Shown: positions 56,595-64,000 of the stretch, in pieces
How positions within the stretch are numbered: position 1 is the first letter of the stretch
Layout: each line of letters begins with the position of its first letter
NCBI GenBank assembly: GCA_021780535.1
Contig: JAJXYN010000009.1
Coordinates: 303,923-367,922 of the forward strand
Length of the DNA stretch: 64,000 nt
Origin: a bacterium
Lineage (GTDB): Bacteria; Patescibacteriota; Patescibacteriia; JAGPKW01
Direction of reading: 5' to 3'
The notes under the pieces: model-generated
Seen by the model: the letters and a program-made list of their open reading frames with translations, nothing else
Database searches by the model: none
Told to the model about the DNA's origin: nothing
Position numbers and translations under genes: made by a program

Positions 56595-59500
56595 TTATTT
56601 AATTATATTAACAATGTCAGATTTTATAAAATGTAAATTATCAAGAACTGTATTAGTTTTAGGTAATACTCCTTTTACTATCACATCTACTCCCAAAAAT
56701 TTAACAATATCACCAATATTATTAAATTCTTTTTCTTTTTTCATATTATTACCTTCCGTATAGCCATAATATATAGATTTATAAGTTTTACCATCTATAG
56801 AAATATCTGAAAAATCAATATTAGTTAATTTATTATTATATTCTTTTGGGATATTATTATTTACTAGATATGTCCATTCTCCACCATCATCTGTTTTAAA
56901 ATTTTTTATAATACTATCTGAACTTGTAGATAAATATTTATTAACTTCTTGAGTTATGTCTTGGTTCATAGAAACTTCTTTTTTATTCATTTCTAACGAA
57001 CTAAACTTAGCAAATGAAATAAATAAGAATGTGAATATTATTATCATTAAAAACACAGTCATGTTAGATAATATATTTTTCTTATTAGGTTTGAATGTTT
57101 TTAAAAGTAATGAACTAGATACAACAGAAACTGAACTTAGAGCCATAGATATCCCTGCAAGCTCTGGAGCTAATACCAAACCAAATCCAGCAAATACTCT
57201 AGCAGCAATTGGGATGCCTATTACATTATAAAACAATGCAAAAAACATATTTTGTTTTATCTTCCACATTGTTTGTTTTGAAAGATTAATAGCAGTTATA
57301 ACATCATTTAAATCATTTTTCATTATAACTATACTACCAGCCTCTATAGCTACATCAGTACCAGATCCCATAACTATTCCTAAATCTGATTGAGCAAGTG
57401 CTGGAGCATCATTAATACCATCTCCAACCATAGCGACTTTTTTACCTGTTGCTTGTAATTTTTTAACTTCGCTTGCTTTATCTTCTGGAAGAACTTCTGC
57501 TAAAACGTTTTTTATACCCAATTCTTTTGCTATAGCTATTGCCGTTCTTTGATTATCTCCAGTAATCATATAAACATCAATACCCATTTTATTTAGTTTT
57601 TTTATAGCATCTTTTGATGTTTCTTTTAACGTATCAGCAACAGCAATAACGCCTATAATATCAGTTTCTGAAGATAAAATCATAACAGTTTTACCTTCTT
57701 CTTCTAATTTATTTATTTTTCTATTCAAAGAAGTGGTTAAAAAACTTTCCGTGCCACAAACTTCTAATATTTTTCTATTACCAAAAAAATACTTTATATT
57801 TTGTATAACTCCAGATATTCCATGGCCAGGTATGGCTGTAAACTCTGAAACATTTTCCAAATCAATACCCTCATCTTTTGCATAACTATATATAGCTTCA
57901 GCAAGAGAGTGTTCGGAATTTTTTTCAAGAGAACTTGCTATAAATAATATTTCATCTTCACCAAAGTTTTTAAAATCTAATATATCTGTAACAACAGGTT
58001 TTCCGTTTGTTAATGTTCCTGTTTTGTCAAAAACTATAGCATTAATTTTCTCTGCCATCTCAAGTGGCTCACCACCTTTAATTAAAATACCATTTTCCGC
58101 ACCTTTACCAGTTCCAACCATTATTGCTGTTGGAGTAGCAAGACCAAGTGCACAAGGGCAAGCTATTACTATAACCGATGTAAGCGCCATCAAAGAGAAA
58201 GATAAACTAGCACCTAAAAAGAAAAACCAAACTATAAATGTTATAACAGCAAGACCAATAACAATAGGAACGAATACCGCTGATATTCTATCCGCAAAGG
58301 ATTGTATTTGAGATTTAGAACCTTGAGCATCTTCTATTAATTGTATAATTCTAAACAATACTGTGTCTGACCCAACTTTTGTGGCCTCTAATTCAAATGA
58401 ACCGTGTTTATTAATAGTGGATCCAATAACTTTGTCTCCAATATTTTTTTCAACAGGAATACTTTCTCCTGTTATCATAGATTCATCAACAGAAGAATTG
58501 CCATTAACCAAAACACCGTCAACTGGTATTTTTTCTCCAGGGCGAACTAATATAATATCCCCCACTTGAACTTCTTCTATTGGGACATCTCTAGTTGCTC
58601 CACTAACTCTATCAGTTATTAATCTTGCTGTTTTGGCCTGCAATCCTATTAATTTAGATATGGCGTCCGAAGTTTTATTTTTAGTTTTAGCTTCAAGCCA
58701 TTTACCAAGAATAACAAAAGTAATTAAAAATGAAGATGTTTCAAAATATAATTCTGGAATTTTTCCTCCATTTAAACCAATTATAGAGTTATTTGTCGTA
58801 ATGAAATATATGAAATTAACAATACTATAAATATATGCGACCGATGTTCCTATTGATACCAAGCTATCCATGTTAAAAGTTTTCATACGAAGACCAGAAA
58901 TAAATCCTTTATAGAAACCTCTCCCGATAATAAATTGTATTGGTGTTGCTAATATTAAAGAAATTATTCCAAAATATGGTGGCAAATTATTTGCTCCTGG
59001 TAAAAATTTAAAGAAATCTAAGAACATAAAATATAACATTGGCAAACTCAATATAAAAGCAAATAAAAATTTATTAAACATGCTTTTAATTTCTTTTTCT
59101 TTATTTTTCTTTTCTTCTTCTGAATTACTAGTAGTTAATAATGTTGCACCATAGCCAGCTTTTTTAATAGCACTCAAAACATCATTAACAGAGGTTACAT
59201 TTTCATCAAACATAACAGATGCTTTTTCACTAGCAAAACTAACATTAGATTGTTTAATTCCATTTAACTTTTTTACTGACCTATCTATAATATTAGCACA
59301 AGAAGCACAATGCATACCCTTAACAACAACATCTATTTTTTTATTATTATTTGATATTGCTTGCACCGATGAATGATTGTCGTTCCCTACTGTGTTAATT
59401 ATATTTTGTTTTTCATTATTATTAAAAATATTTTGAAAGTTCAATATTTGAGAAATGTCTTTAATAATATTAATGTTCTTACTATTTTCTGGACCATCAA

Positions 59501-59891
59501 GATTAATTGTTTTATTATTTTTTATCTTGCCATCAAAATATGGGTTACCATTTTTATCTCTCAATATTTTACCCTCACCTTCAATATTATTTTCTAATCT
59601 AAATTTTAAATTATTTTTTTCATTAGAAAATAATTTTGAATTTTCTTGTACTGGTGAGATTAATTGTTCTTTTTCAATAATACTATCAACAATGTAATTT
59701 TCTTTCTCTATCACACTTACTATATCATTTGATAAAATTAGATCATTAAATATTTTAATAGTGGCATCGCCGGTATTACTATTTATTTGTATTTCAGCTG
59801 TATTATCTAACTCTAAAATAACTTCCTTTATAATTTGCTCGCAAGCAGAACAATGCATACCTTTAATTTTTAAGACGAATTCTCTACTCAT
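56595..59891 (-). CDS. copA: Copper-translocating P1B-type ATPase with two N-terminal HMA domains and ~200-aa C-terminal extension
   Basis: MHCSACEQ and [11 protein letters not shown] motifs, [27 protein letters not shown]. Confidence 0.9.
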   Translation of the reverse strand: MSREFVLKIKGMHCSACEQIIKEVILELDNTAEIQINSNTGDATIKIFNDLILSNDIVSVIEKENYIVDSIIEKEQLISPVQENSKLFSNEKNNLKFRLENNIEGEGKILRDKNGNPYFDGKIKNNKTINLDGPENSKNINIIKDISQILNFQNIFNNNEKQNIINTVGNDNHSSVQAISNNNKKIDVVVKGMHCASCANIIDRSVKKLNGIKQSNVSFASEKASVMFDENVTSVNDVLSAIKKAGYGATLLTTSNSEEEKKNKEKEIKSMFNKFLFAFILSLPMLYFMFLDFFKFLPGANNLPPYFGIISLILATPIQFIIGRGFYKGFISGLRMKTFNMDSLVSIGTSVAYIYSIVNFIYFITTNNSIIGLNGGKIPELYFETSSFLITFVILGKWLEAKTKNKTSDAISKLIGLQAKTARLITDRVSGATRDVPIEEVQVGDIILVRPGEKIPVDGVLVNGNSSVDESMITGESIPVEKNIGDKVIGSTINKHGSFELEATKVGSDTVLFRIIQLIEDAQGSKSQIQSFADRISAVFVPIVIGLAVITFIVWFFFLGASLSFSLMALTSVIVIACPCALGLATPTAIMVGTGKGAENGILIKGGEPLEMAEKINAIVFDKTGTLTNGKPVVTDILDFKNFGEDEILFIASSLEKNSEHSLAEAIYSYAKDEGIDLENVSEFTAIPGHGISGVIQNIKYFFGNRKILEVCGTESFLTTSLNRKINKLEEEGKTVMILSSETDIIGVIAVADTLKETSKDAIKKLNKMGIDVYMITGDNQRTAIAIAKELGIKNVLAEVLPEDKASEVKKLQATGKKVAMVGDGINDAPALAQSDLGIVMGSGTDVAIEAGSIVIMKNDLNDVITAINLSKQTMWKIKQNMFFALFYNVIGIPIAARVFAGFGLVLAPELAGISMALSSVSVVSSSLLLKTFKPNKKNILSNMTVFLMIIIFTFLFISFAKFSSLEMNKKEVSMNQDITQEVNKYLSTSSDSIIKNFKTDDGGEWTYLVNNNIPKEYNNKLTNIDFSDISIDGKTYKSIYYGYTEGNNMKKEKEFNNIGDIVKFLGVDVIVKGVLPKTNTVLDNLHFIKSDIVNIIK

Positions 59892-59902
59892 TATTTATTT
59901 AA

Positions 59903-60115
59903 TTAATTTTTAAAATCTAATACTTTATATTCTGTCCCTAATAAGGCTGATTCAATTTGATCTAATTTAATATCTTTATTAGAAATAATATTTCCTGTAC
60001 CGTCAACATTAATACTAATTCCAGAAACACCATCAATTGTAGATAATTTTCTAGAGATTATTTTTGTACAAGATTGACAATGAACATTTGAAAATTTAAT
60101 ATCAATTTTTTTCAT
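59903..60115 (-). CDS. copZ: Copper chaperone (HMA domain)
   Basis: VHCQSCTKII CxxC in a 70-aa ferredoxin-like HMA protein. Confidence 0.75.
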   Translation of the reverse strand: MKKIDIKFSNVHCQSCTKIISRKLSTIDGVSGISINVDGTGNIISNKDIKLDQIESALLGTEYKVLDFKN

Positions 60116-60116
60116 A

Positions 60117-61592
60117 TTAATTAAAGTTAATAGTAAAATTATACATTCCCATACTACATGTTCCTGAAAGTACAGAACCTACTGCTTGATTTCCTAAATC
60201 TGTAAAAATAGAAGAATTAGTTGGAACTCTGCCACTATATCCAATACTTGGGATGTTTACACCATGAGAACAATCATATCCACTACCTCCATCAAATTCT
60301 ATTTGTGTTGGAACGCCAGCTTTGGCATTTGTTGTAGATGGAGAATAACCACTATCAACTTTAATTTTTATAATTTGTTTACCATTTACCTCTGTAACAT
60401 TATCTGTAATATTACTAGAAGTATTATTATTGTTGTTATTGTTATTATTTAAAGTACAAGCAGGAGAAGTAGAATCCACAGAACATGCTGATTGATTATT
60501 TTGAACATTATTTATTTTAAAACCACCAACAAGCATTAAATTATATCCATTATTCAAATCAAACAAAGCAAATGCTACAACAGCTATACCCGCAACTTTA
60601 AAAAATATTCCGGAGAACTTACCTTTTATAAACGAAGTTAATCCACCCACACCTAACAATCCTGGAGCTGTTCCTAAAGCAAATAAAGCCATAATTATTC
60701 CACCAGAAAAAAATCCACCAGAAGAAACAGCATACAATTGCATTGCTTGAGTAAAGCCACAAGGCAAAAAGAACGTTAAAGCACCCAAAAGCATAGTGCC
60801 CCTATGAGAATATTGTTTTTCATCAGTTATGCCAAAAAATCTAGAAATACTTTTTGGTAAAGTAAATTTAAATTTAGAAATGAAAGGAAAAATATTTAAC
60901 AATTGAGCTCCTAGTAATAGCATAAAAATACCAACACCTATAGTTAAAATACCTGTTAATGAAATAGATATTTTAAAAGCAGACCCAACCAATCCCAACA
61001 CACCGCCTAACATAAAAAATCCTAAAATTCTTCCAAGGTTAAAAAATACATGAGGAATAAATTTTTGCTTAGCCGTTAAGTTTGGATGTTTTTCAGAAAA
61101 CTTAGTAGATACCCCCATAATTAATCCTCCGACTAATGCCATACAACTTGAAACTCCGGCAGTTAATCCTACTAATATAGCCGTTGACCAAGAAACTGAG
61201 CTAGATGATACATTAACAGCAAAAAGTTTATCTAACTTTAATAAGCCAAAAAGTATATATAAAGTTAAGAAAATAATTCCAGCGGTTAGTAACTCTGTAT
61301 AATCAGTTTTGTTTTTTGAAAATATTTTATTATCATCATTATCACTATTTTTATTTATTTTTTCAAATTCTTCTTCATTAATTTTTTCTAAAATATCATA
61401 TCCCATTACTTTTAAATCTTTTTTTATTTCCTGCTCATTTGGTTCTTTATCTTTATAGTAAATTTCTGCAATACCTGTTTTACAATTAACATTTATTTTT
61501 TCTACATGATGAGAATTTTTTAATTTATCCTCAATAAGAATCTCACAAGATTTGCAATGCATTCCTGAAATTTTATAAACTACTTTTTGCAT
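60117..61592 (-). CDS. HMA-domain + CcdA/cycZ-like membrane domain protein (copper-tolerance type) with extra C-terminal extracytoplasmic domain
   Basis: N-terminal MHCKSCE HMA; TM domain with SSCMAL and FFLPCGFTQA Cys motifs; Asn-run linker then ~110-aa domain. Confidence 0.6.
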   Translation of the reverse strand: MQKVVYKISGMHCKSCEILIEDKLKNSHHVEKINVNCKTGIAEIYYKDKEPNEQEIKKDLKVMGYDILEKINEEEFEKINKNSDNDDNKIFSKNKTDYTELLTAGIIFLTLYILFGLLKLDKLFAVNVSSSSVSWSTAILVGLTAGVSSCMALVGGLIMGVSTKFSEKHPNLTAKQKFIPHVFFNLGRILGFFMLGGVLGLVGSAFKISISLTGILTIGVGIFMLLLGAQLLNIFPFISKFKFTLPKSISRFFGITDEKQYSHRGTMLLGALTFFLPCGFTQAMQLYAVSSGGFFSGGIIMALFALGTAPGLLGVGGLTSFIKGKFSGIFFKVAGIAVVAFALFDLNNGYNLMLVGGFKINNVQNNQSACSVDSTSPACTLNNNNNNNNNTSSNITDNVTEVNGKQIIKIKVDSGYSPSTTNAKAGVPTQIEFDGGSGYDCSHGVNIPSIGYSGRVPTNSSIFTDLGNQAVGSVLSGTCSMGMYNFTINFN

Positions 61593-61648
61593 ATATGTTT
61601 TTTATTATATATTTTAATTATTAATTTTATTTATTTATTTTATAATAT

Positions 61649-61667
61649 TATACCTGGGGGGTAGGTA
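61649..61667. promoter_or_regulatory. CsoR-type operator candidate 1 (ATACCT-GGGGGGT-AGGTAT)
   Basis: 6-bp inverted arms around G-tract. Confidence 0.5.
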
Positions 61668-61751
61668 TGTAAATAATTATACTCCTATAAAAAAAGAAGT
61701 CAAACATATTGTGAATACTGATTTATAATATATTTTTTTATAGTTATACAC

Positions 61752-61770
61752 ATACCTCCCATATAGGTAT
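61752..61770. promoter_or_regulatory. CsoR-type operator candidate 2 (ATACCT-CCCATAT-AGGTAT)
   Basis: Same arms. Confidence 0.5.
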
Positions 61771-61825
61771 AAAATCATAAAATTTATTTTAAGCTATATT
61801 TTAATTTTTTTATTTTATGTTATAC

Positions 61826-61842
61826 TACCCCCTATATGGGTA
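61826..61842. promoter_or_regulatory. CsoR-type operator candidate 3 (TACCC-CCTATAT-GGGTA)
   Basis: Related inverted repeat 24 nt upstream of csoR. Confidence 0.5.
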
Positions 61843-61865
61843 AATAAAAAATAAAATCATAAAAC

Positions 61866-62144
61866 ATGAGCCAAGCATTAGAAAATAAAAAAAAATCATT
61901 AATAGCATTAAAAAAAGCTAATACAATGATTGGGAAAATTATAAAAATGGTGGATGATAATGAATACTGCATAGACATTATGCAACAAAATCTAGCAACA
62001 ATAGGACTTTTGAAATCTGTTCATGAAAAATTAATGGAAGGACATTTAAACTCTTGTGTTAAAAATGCATTAGCATCAAAAAACGAAAATTTAAAACAAA
62101 AAATGATTGATGAAATTATAAAAGTTAGTAAATATAATAAATAA
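61866..62144 (+). CDS. csoR: Copper-sensing CsoR repressor (canonical Tyr-Cys ... His-x3-Cys)
   Basis: EYCIDI ... MEGHLNSC: C-x24-H-x3-C spacing of Cu(I)-CsoR. Confidence 0.75.
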   Translation: MSQALENKKKSLIALKKANTMIGKIIKMVDDNEYCIDIMQQNLATIGLLKSVHEKLMEGHLNSCVKNALASKNENLKQKMIDEIIKVSKYNK

Positions 62145-62209
62145 TTCTTACAATAAAAACATTCTATATTAAGAATGTTTTTATTTTTTAAATAATAATA
62201 TGTATTTTA

Positions 62210-62953
62210 TTATTTATGTAGTCTTCCTTGACTAAGTTTTCCATCAGTAATCGTTGTTGCATTTATATTTGATCCATTAATTGTACCTTGTATTATTAGT
62301 GTATCTCCGATTTTTATATCTGATATTAATATAAGTGTTGGAGTTGGCTTTAATCCAGTATTTACTGGGGTAAATTTATTTAATATTGCCTTACTAGCAT
62401 CAACTGTATATGTTGTTAATGTAGAATTTGTTTTTACAAATCCATTATTTCTTGTAATTGTTATTGTAGCACCATCAATATTAGATACCGTTCCAATAAT
62501 CCTTGGAATTTTATTTTCTTTATTATGTTCTGATCGAATAATTTTACCGTCTATAATATTTTCTGCTGCGATAGATTCACCATTTACAACCCCTTGGACC
62601 ATTAAAGTATCTCCAACCTTTATATCAGAAACTAAAACTTCTGACGTTAAATTATTTGAACCATCTGTTTGTGTTATAATCTTTTTAATTTTTGCACTAC
62701 TAGCATCTATTGTATATTTAGTGGATTGAGATTTATTACTAATTGTAATAATACTCCCATTTATATCAAGGACTACCCCCATTATTCTTGGTACTTTATT
62801 TTCTGAAATATTGTGTTTATTATTGTTATTTCTAAACATTCTTCCACTGTTTCCTGTTGCAGCAAAAGCTGATGTACTTATTATTATACTTATTGTTATT
62901 ATTGTAACCCCAACAACAATAAAAATCTTTTTATTTTGTTTGTTTTGTTTCAT
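62210..62953 (-). CDS. Secreted protein with two ~100-aa internal tandem repeats
   Basis: Signal peptide; PRIMGVVLDINGS...SDIKVGDTLMVQG repeated as PRIIGTVSNIDGA...SDIKIGDTLIIQG. Confidence 0.45.
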   Translation of the reverse strand: MKQNKQNKKIFIVVGVTIITISIIISTSAFAATGNSGRMFRNNNNKHNISENKVPRIMGVVLDINGSIITISNKSQSTKYTIDASSAKIKKIITQTDGSNNLTSEVLVSDIKVGDTLMVQGVVNGESIAAENIIDGKIIRSEHNKENKIPRIIGTVSNIDGATITITRNNGFVKTNSTLTTYTVDASKAILNKFTPVNTGLKPTPTLILISDIKIGDTLIIQGTINGSNINATTITDGKLSQGRLHK

Positions 62954-63161
62954 GAATTTTTGTATTAATTATTAATAATTAACTCCTTATTTAATATTAC
63001 GAGCAAAAATGATAAAAAGTTGCAAAATAATATTATTATCCTATATTTAGAGCATCTATTGTAATTATTTTTGTTTTATATAAATCTAAAATTAGCTTTT
63101 TTCTGACATATATGGTATTCTTGTTTTATTATCTTATTATATAAAAATTAAATTAAATTAT

Positions 63162-63710
63162 ATGGGCGATTTTAATAGAGGTGGTTCACGAGGTGGATTT
63201 GGTAGAGGTGGGTTTAATAAAGGTGGTTCACGAGGTGGATTTGGTGGTGGATCTAGAGGTGGTTCACGAGGTGGATTTGGTGGTGGAGACAGAGAAATGT
63301 TTGATGCTGTTTGTGATGATTGTGGTAGAGATTGTCAAGTTCCATTTCGTCCAACAAGCGGAAAACCAATTTTTTGCAGTGAATGTTTTGAAAAAAATTC
63401 TGAAGCAAAAGGTGGAAATTCAAGAAGAGATTCTGGAAGAGATTCAAGAGATAGTGATTTTAAAAGAAATGATTTTTCTGATAACAAGAAAACAAACAAC
63501 AATCTTGATGAAAAAATAGGATTATTAAGTATTAAACTTGATAAGATAATAGAATTATTAGACAATACAAAAAAAGAAAAAATAGACGAAATGCCTGCTA
63601 TTATTAAAAAAGTTTTAAAAACAAAGGAAATAAAAGAAGAAAAAACTGAAGAAAAACCAGCTAAAAAAGTTGTAACAAAAAAGACCACTAAAAAAACTAC
63701 AAAAAAATAG
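63162..63710 (+). CDS. RGG-repeat (GGSRGGFG) N-terminus + CxxC...CxxC zinc ribbon + Lys-rich tail protein
   Basis: Five GGSRGGFG-like units, CDDCGRDC...CSECF, KKxxTKK tail. Confidence 0.45.
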   Translation: MGDFNRGGSRGGFGRGGFNKGGSRGGFGGGSRGGSRGGFGGGDREMFDAVCDDCGRDCQVPFRPTSGKPIFCSECFEKNSEAKGGNSRRDSGRDSRDSDFKRNDFSDNKKTNNNLDEKIGLLSIKLDKIIELLDNTKKEKIDEMPAIIKKVLKTKEIKEEKTEEKPAKKVVTKKTTKKTTKK

Positions 63711-63757
63711 ATTTTACAAAAAAATAAGCCAAGAACATTGGTTTATTTTTTTATATC

Positions 63758-64000
63758 TTAACTCTTTCTTTCTTTACTCATTAACATATTTACAGCTTCT
63801 TTCATGTTTCCGGCTAGTGTTATCCCAGAATTCACAAAAAATATTTGATCTGCATTTTCTATCGTGTTTAATCTATGAGCTATTATTACCTTTGTTGTTG
63901 TTTTTGGTAATTTATTTATTATATCTTCTAATAATTTTTCTGTTACTGTATCTATATTTGCTGTCGCCTCATCTAATATTAATATTTCTGGATTTCTCAA
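63758..64000 (-). CDS. C-terminal part of ABC exporter ATP-binding domain (gene continues beyond window end)
   Basis: ILILDEATANID (Walker B/D-loop) and IIAHRLNTI (H-loop). Confidence 0.7.
   Translation of the reverse strand: MRNPEILILDEATANIDTVTEKLLEDIINKLPKTTTKVIIAHRLNTIENADQIFFVNSGITLAGNMKEAVNMLMSKERKS

Noticed and set aside
63181-63688. Alternative-frame ORFs 63181..63519(+), 63253..63447(-), 63335..63688(-)
   Set aside because: Generated by the GGSRGGFG nucleotide repeats and the K-rich tail of the real frame 63162..63710.
1-64000. Alternative genetic code (UGA reassignment, code 4/25) suggested by extreme AT-richness and lack of SD
   Set aside because: Long uninterrupted standard-code ORFs (1098-aa CopA, 790-aa ATPase, 500-aa helicase) with intact motifs. 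No sign of genes fragmented at TGA.

Overview
This 64-kb window comes from a very AT-rich genome (about 28% GC). Almost no gene has a Shine-Dalgarno motif. Many products are small secreted or membrane proteins rich in Asn and Lys.

The backbone genes are housekeeping or stress functions. They include a family-4 uracil-DNA glycosylase, a DEAD-box helicase, a patatin-like lipase, Tag glycosylase, a PAP2 phosphatase, an OmpR/histidine-kinase pair, an ABC-2 exporter and two ECF sigma modules. A large copper and thiol-redox cluster spans 46–62 kb. It holds CopA, CopZ, a CDF transporter, an HMA-CcdA-like protein, thioredoxin, a Trx-TrxB fusion and two CsoR-family regulators.

The accessory part sits next to the only tRNA gene, tRNA-Ser(GCU) at 8588..8677. 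It is unusually structured.
- Two near-identical large-serine-recombinase modules are present: A at 8672..13398 and B at 31021..34291. Each starts with the last 6 nt of the tRNA plus a ~390-bp copy of the tRNA downstream flank, and ends with the recombinase gene and ~95 bp of conserved sequence.
- The modules carry different cargo. A carries an ArsR / ArsP-like permease / thioredoxin-like / CcdA thiol-redox module. B carries one unknown 446-aa protein.
- The two modules flank ~17.6 kb of prophage-remnant DNA. This includes terminase large and small subunits, two DNA methyltransferases, a LexA/CI-like repressor and a GIY-YIG protein. It ends in a two-gene 3-TM protein + ThsB-like TIR-domain pair, which I consider the best candidate for a novel anti-phage system here.
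- Further footprints of repeated integration at this tRNA are present: a third partial flank copy, a duplicated fragment of a phage gene, and a second ~120-bp repeat unit.
- A ~1-kb compositionally foreign island (about 48% GC, canonical GGAGG ribosome-binding site) lies exactly at the end of module B.

Other things worth a second look:
- a ~140-nt GC-enriched multi-hairpin element at 20250..20400 with no coding potential, a candidate structured RNA
- two perfect-consensus promoters whose spacers are poly-G/C tracts, tied to a CstR-like (Cys-x-Cys) CsoR paralog
- three TACC-N-GGTA operators in front of a canonical Cys-His-Cys CsoR
- duplicated ECF-promoter-like 42-bp repeats
- unusual C-terminal extensions on CopA and on the HMA-CcdA-like protein

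No rRNA and no CRISPR array were seen.
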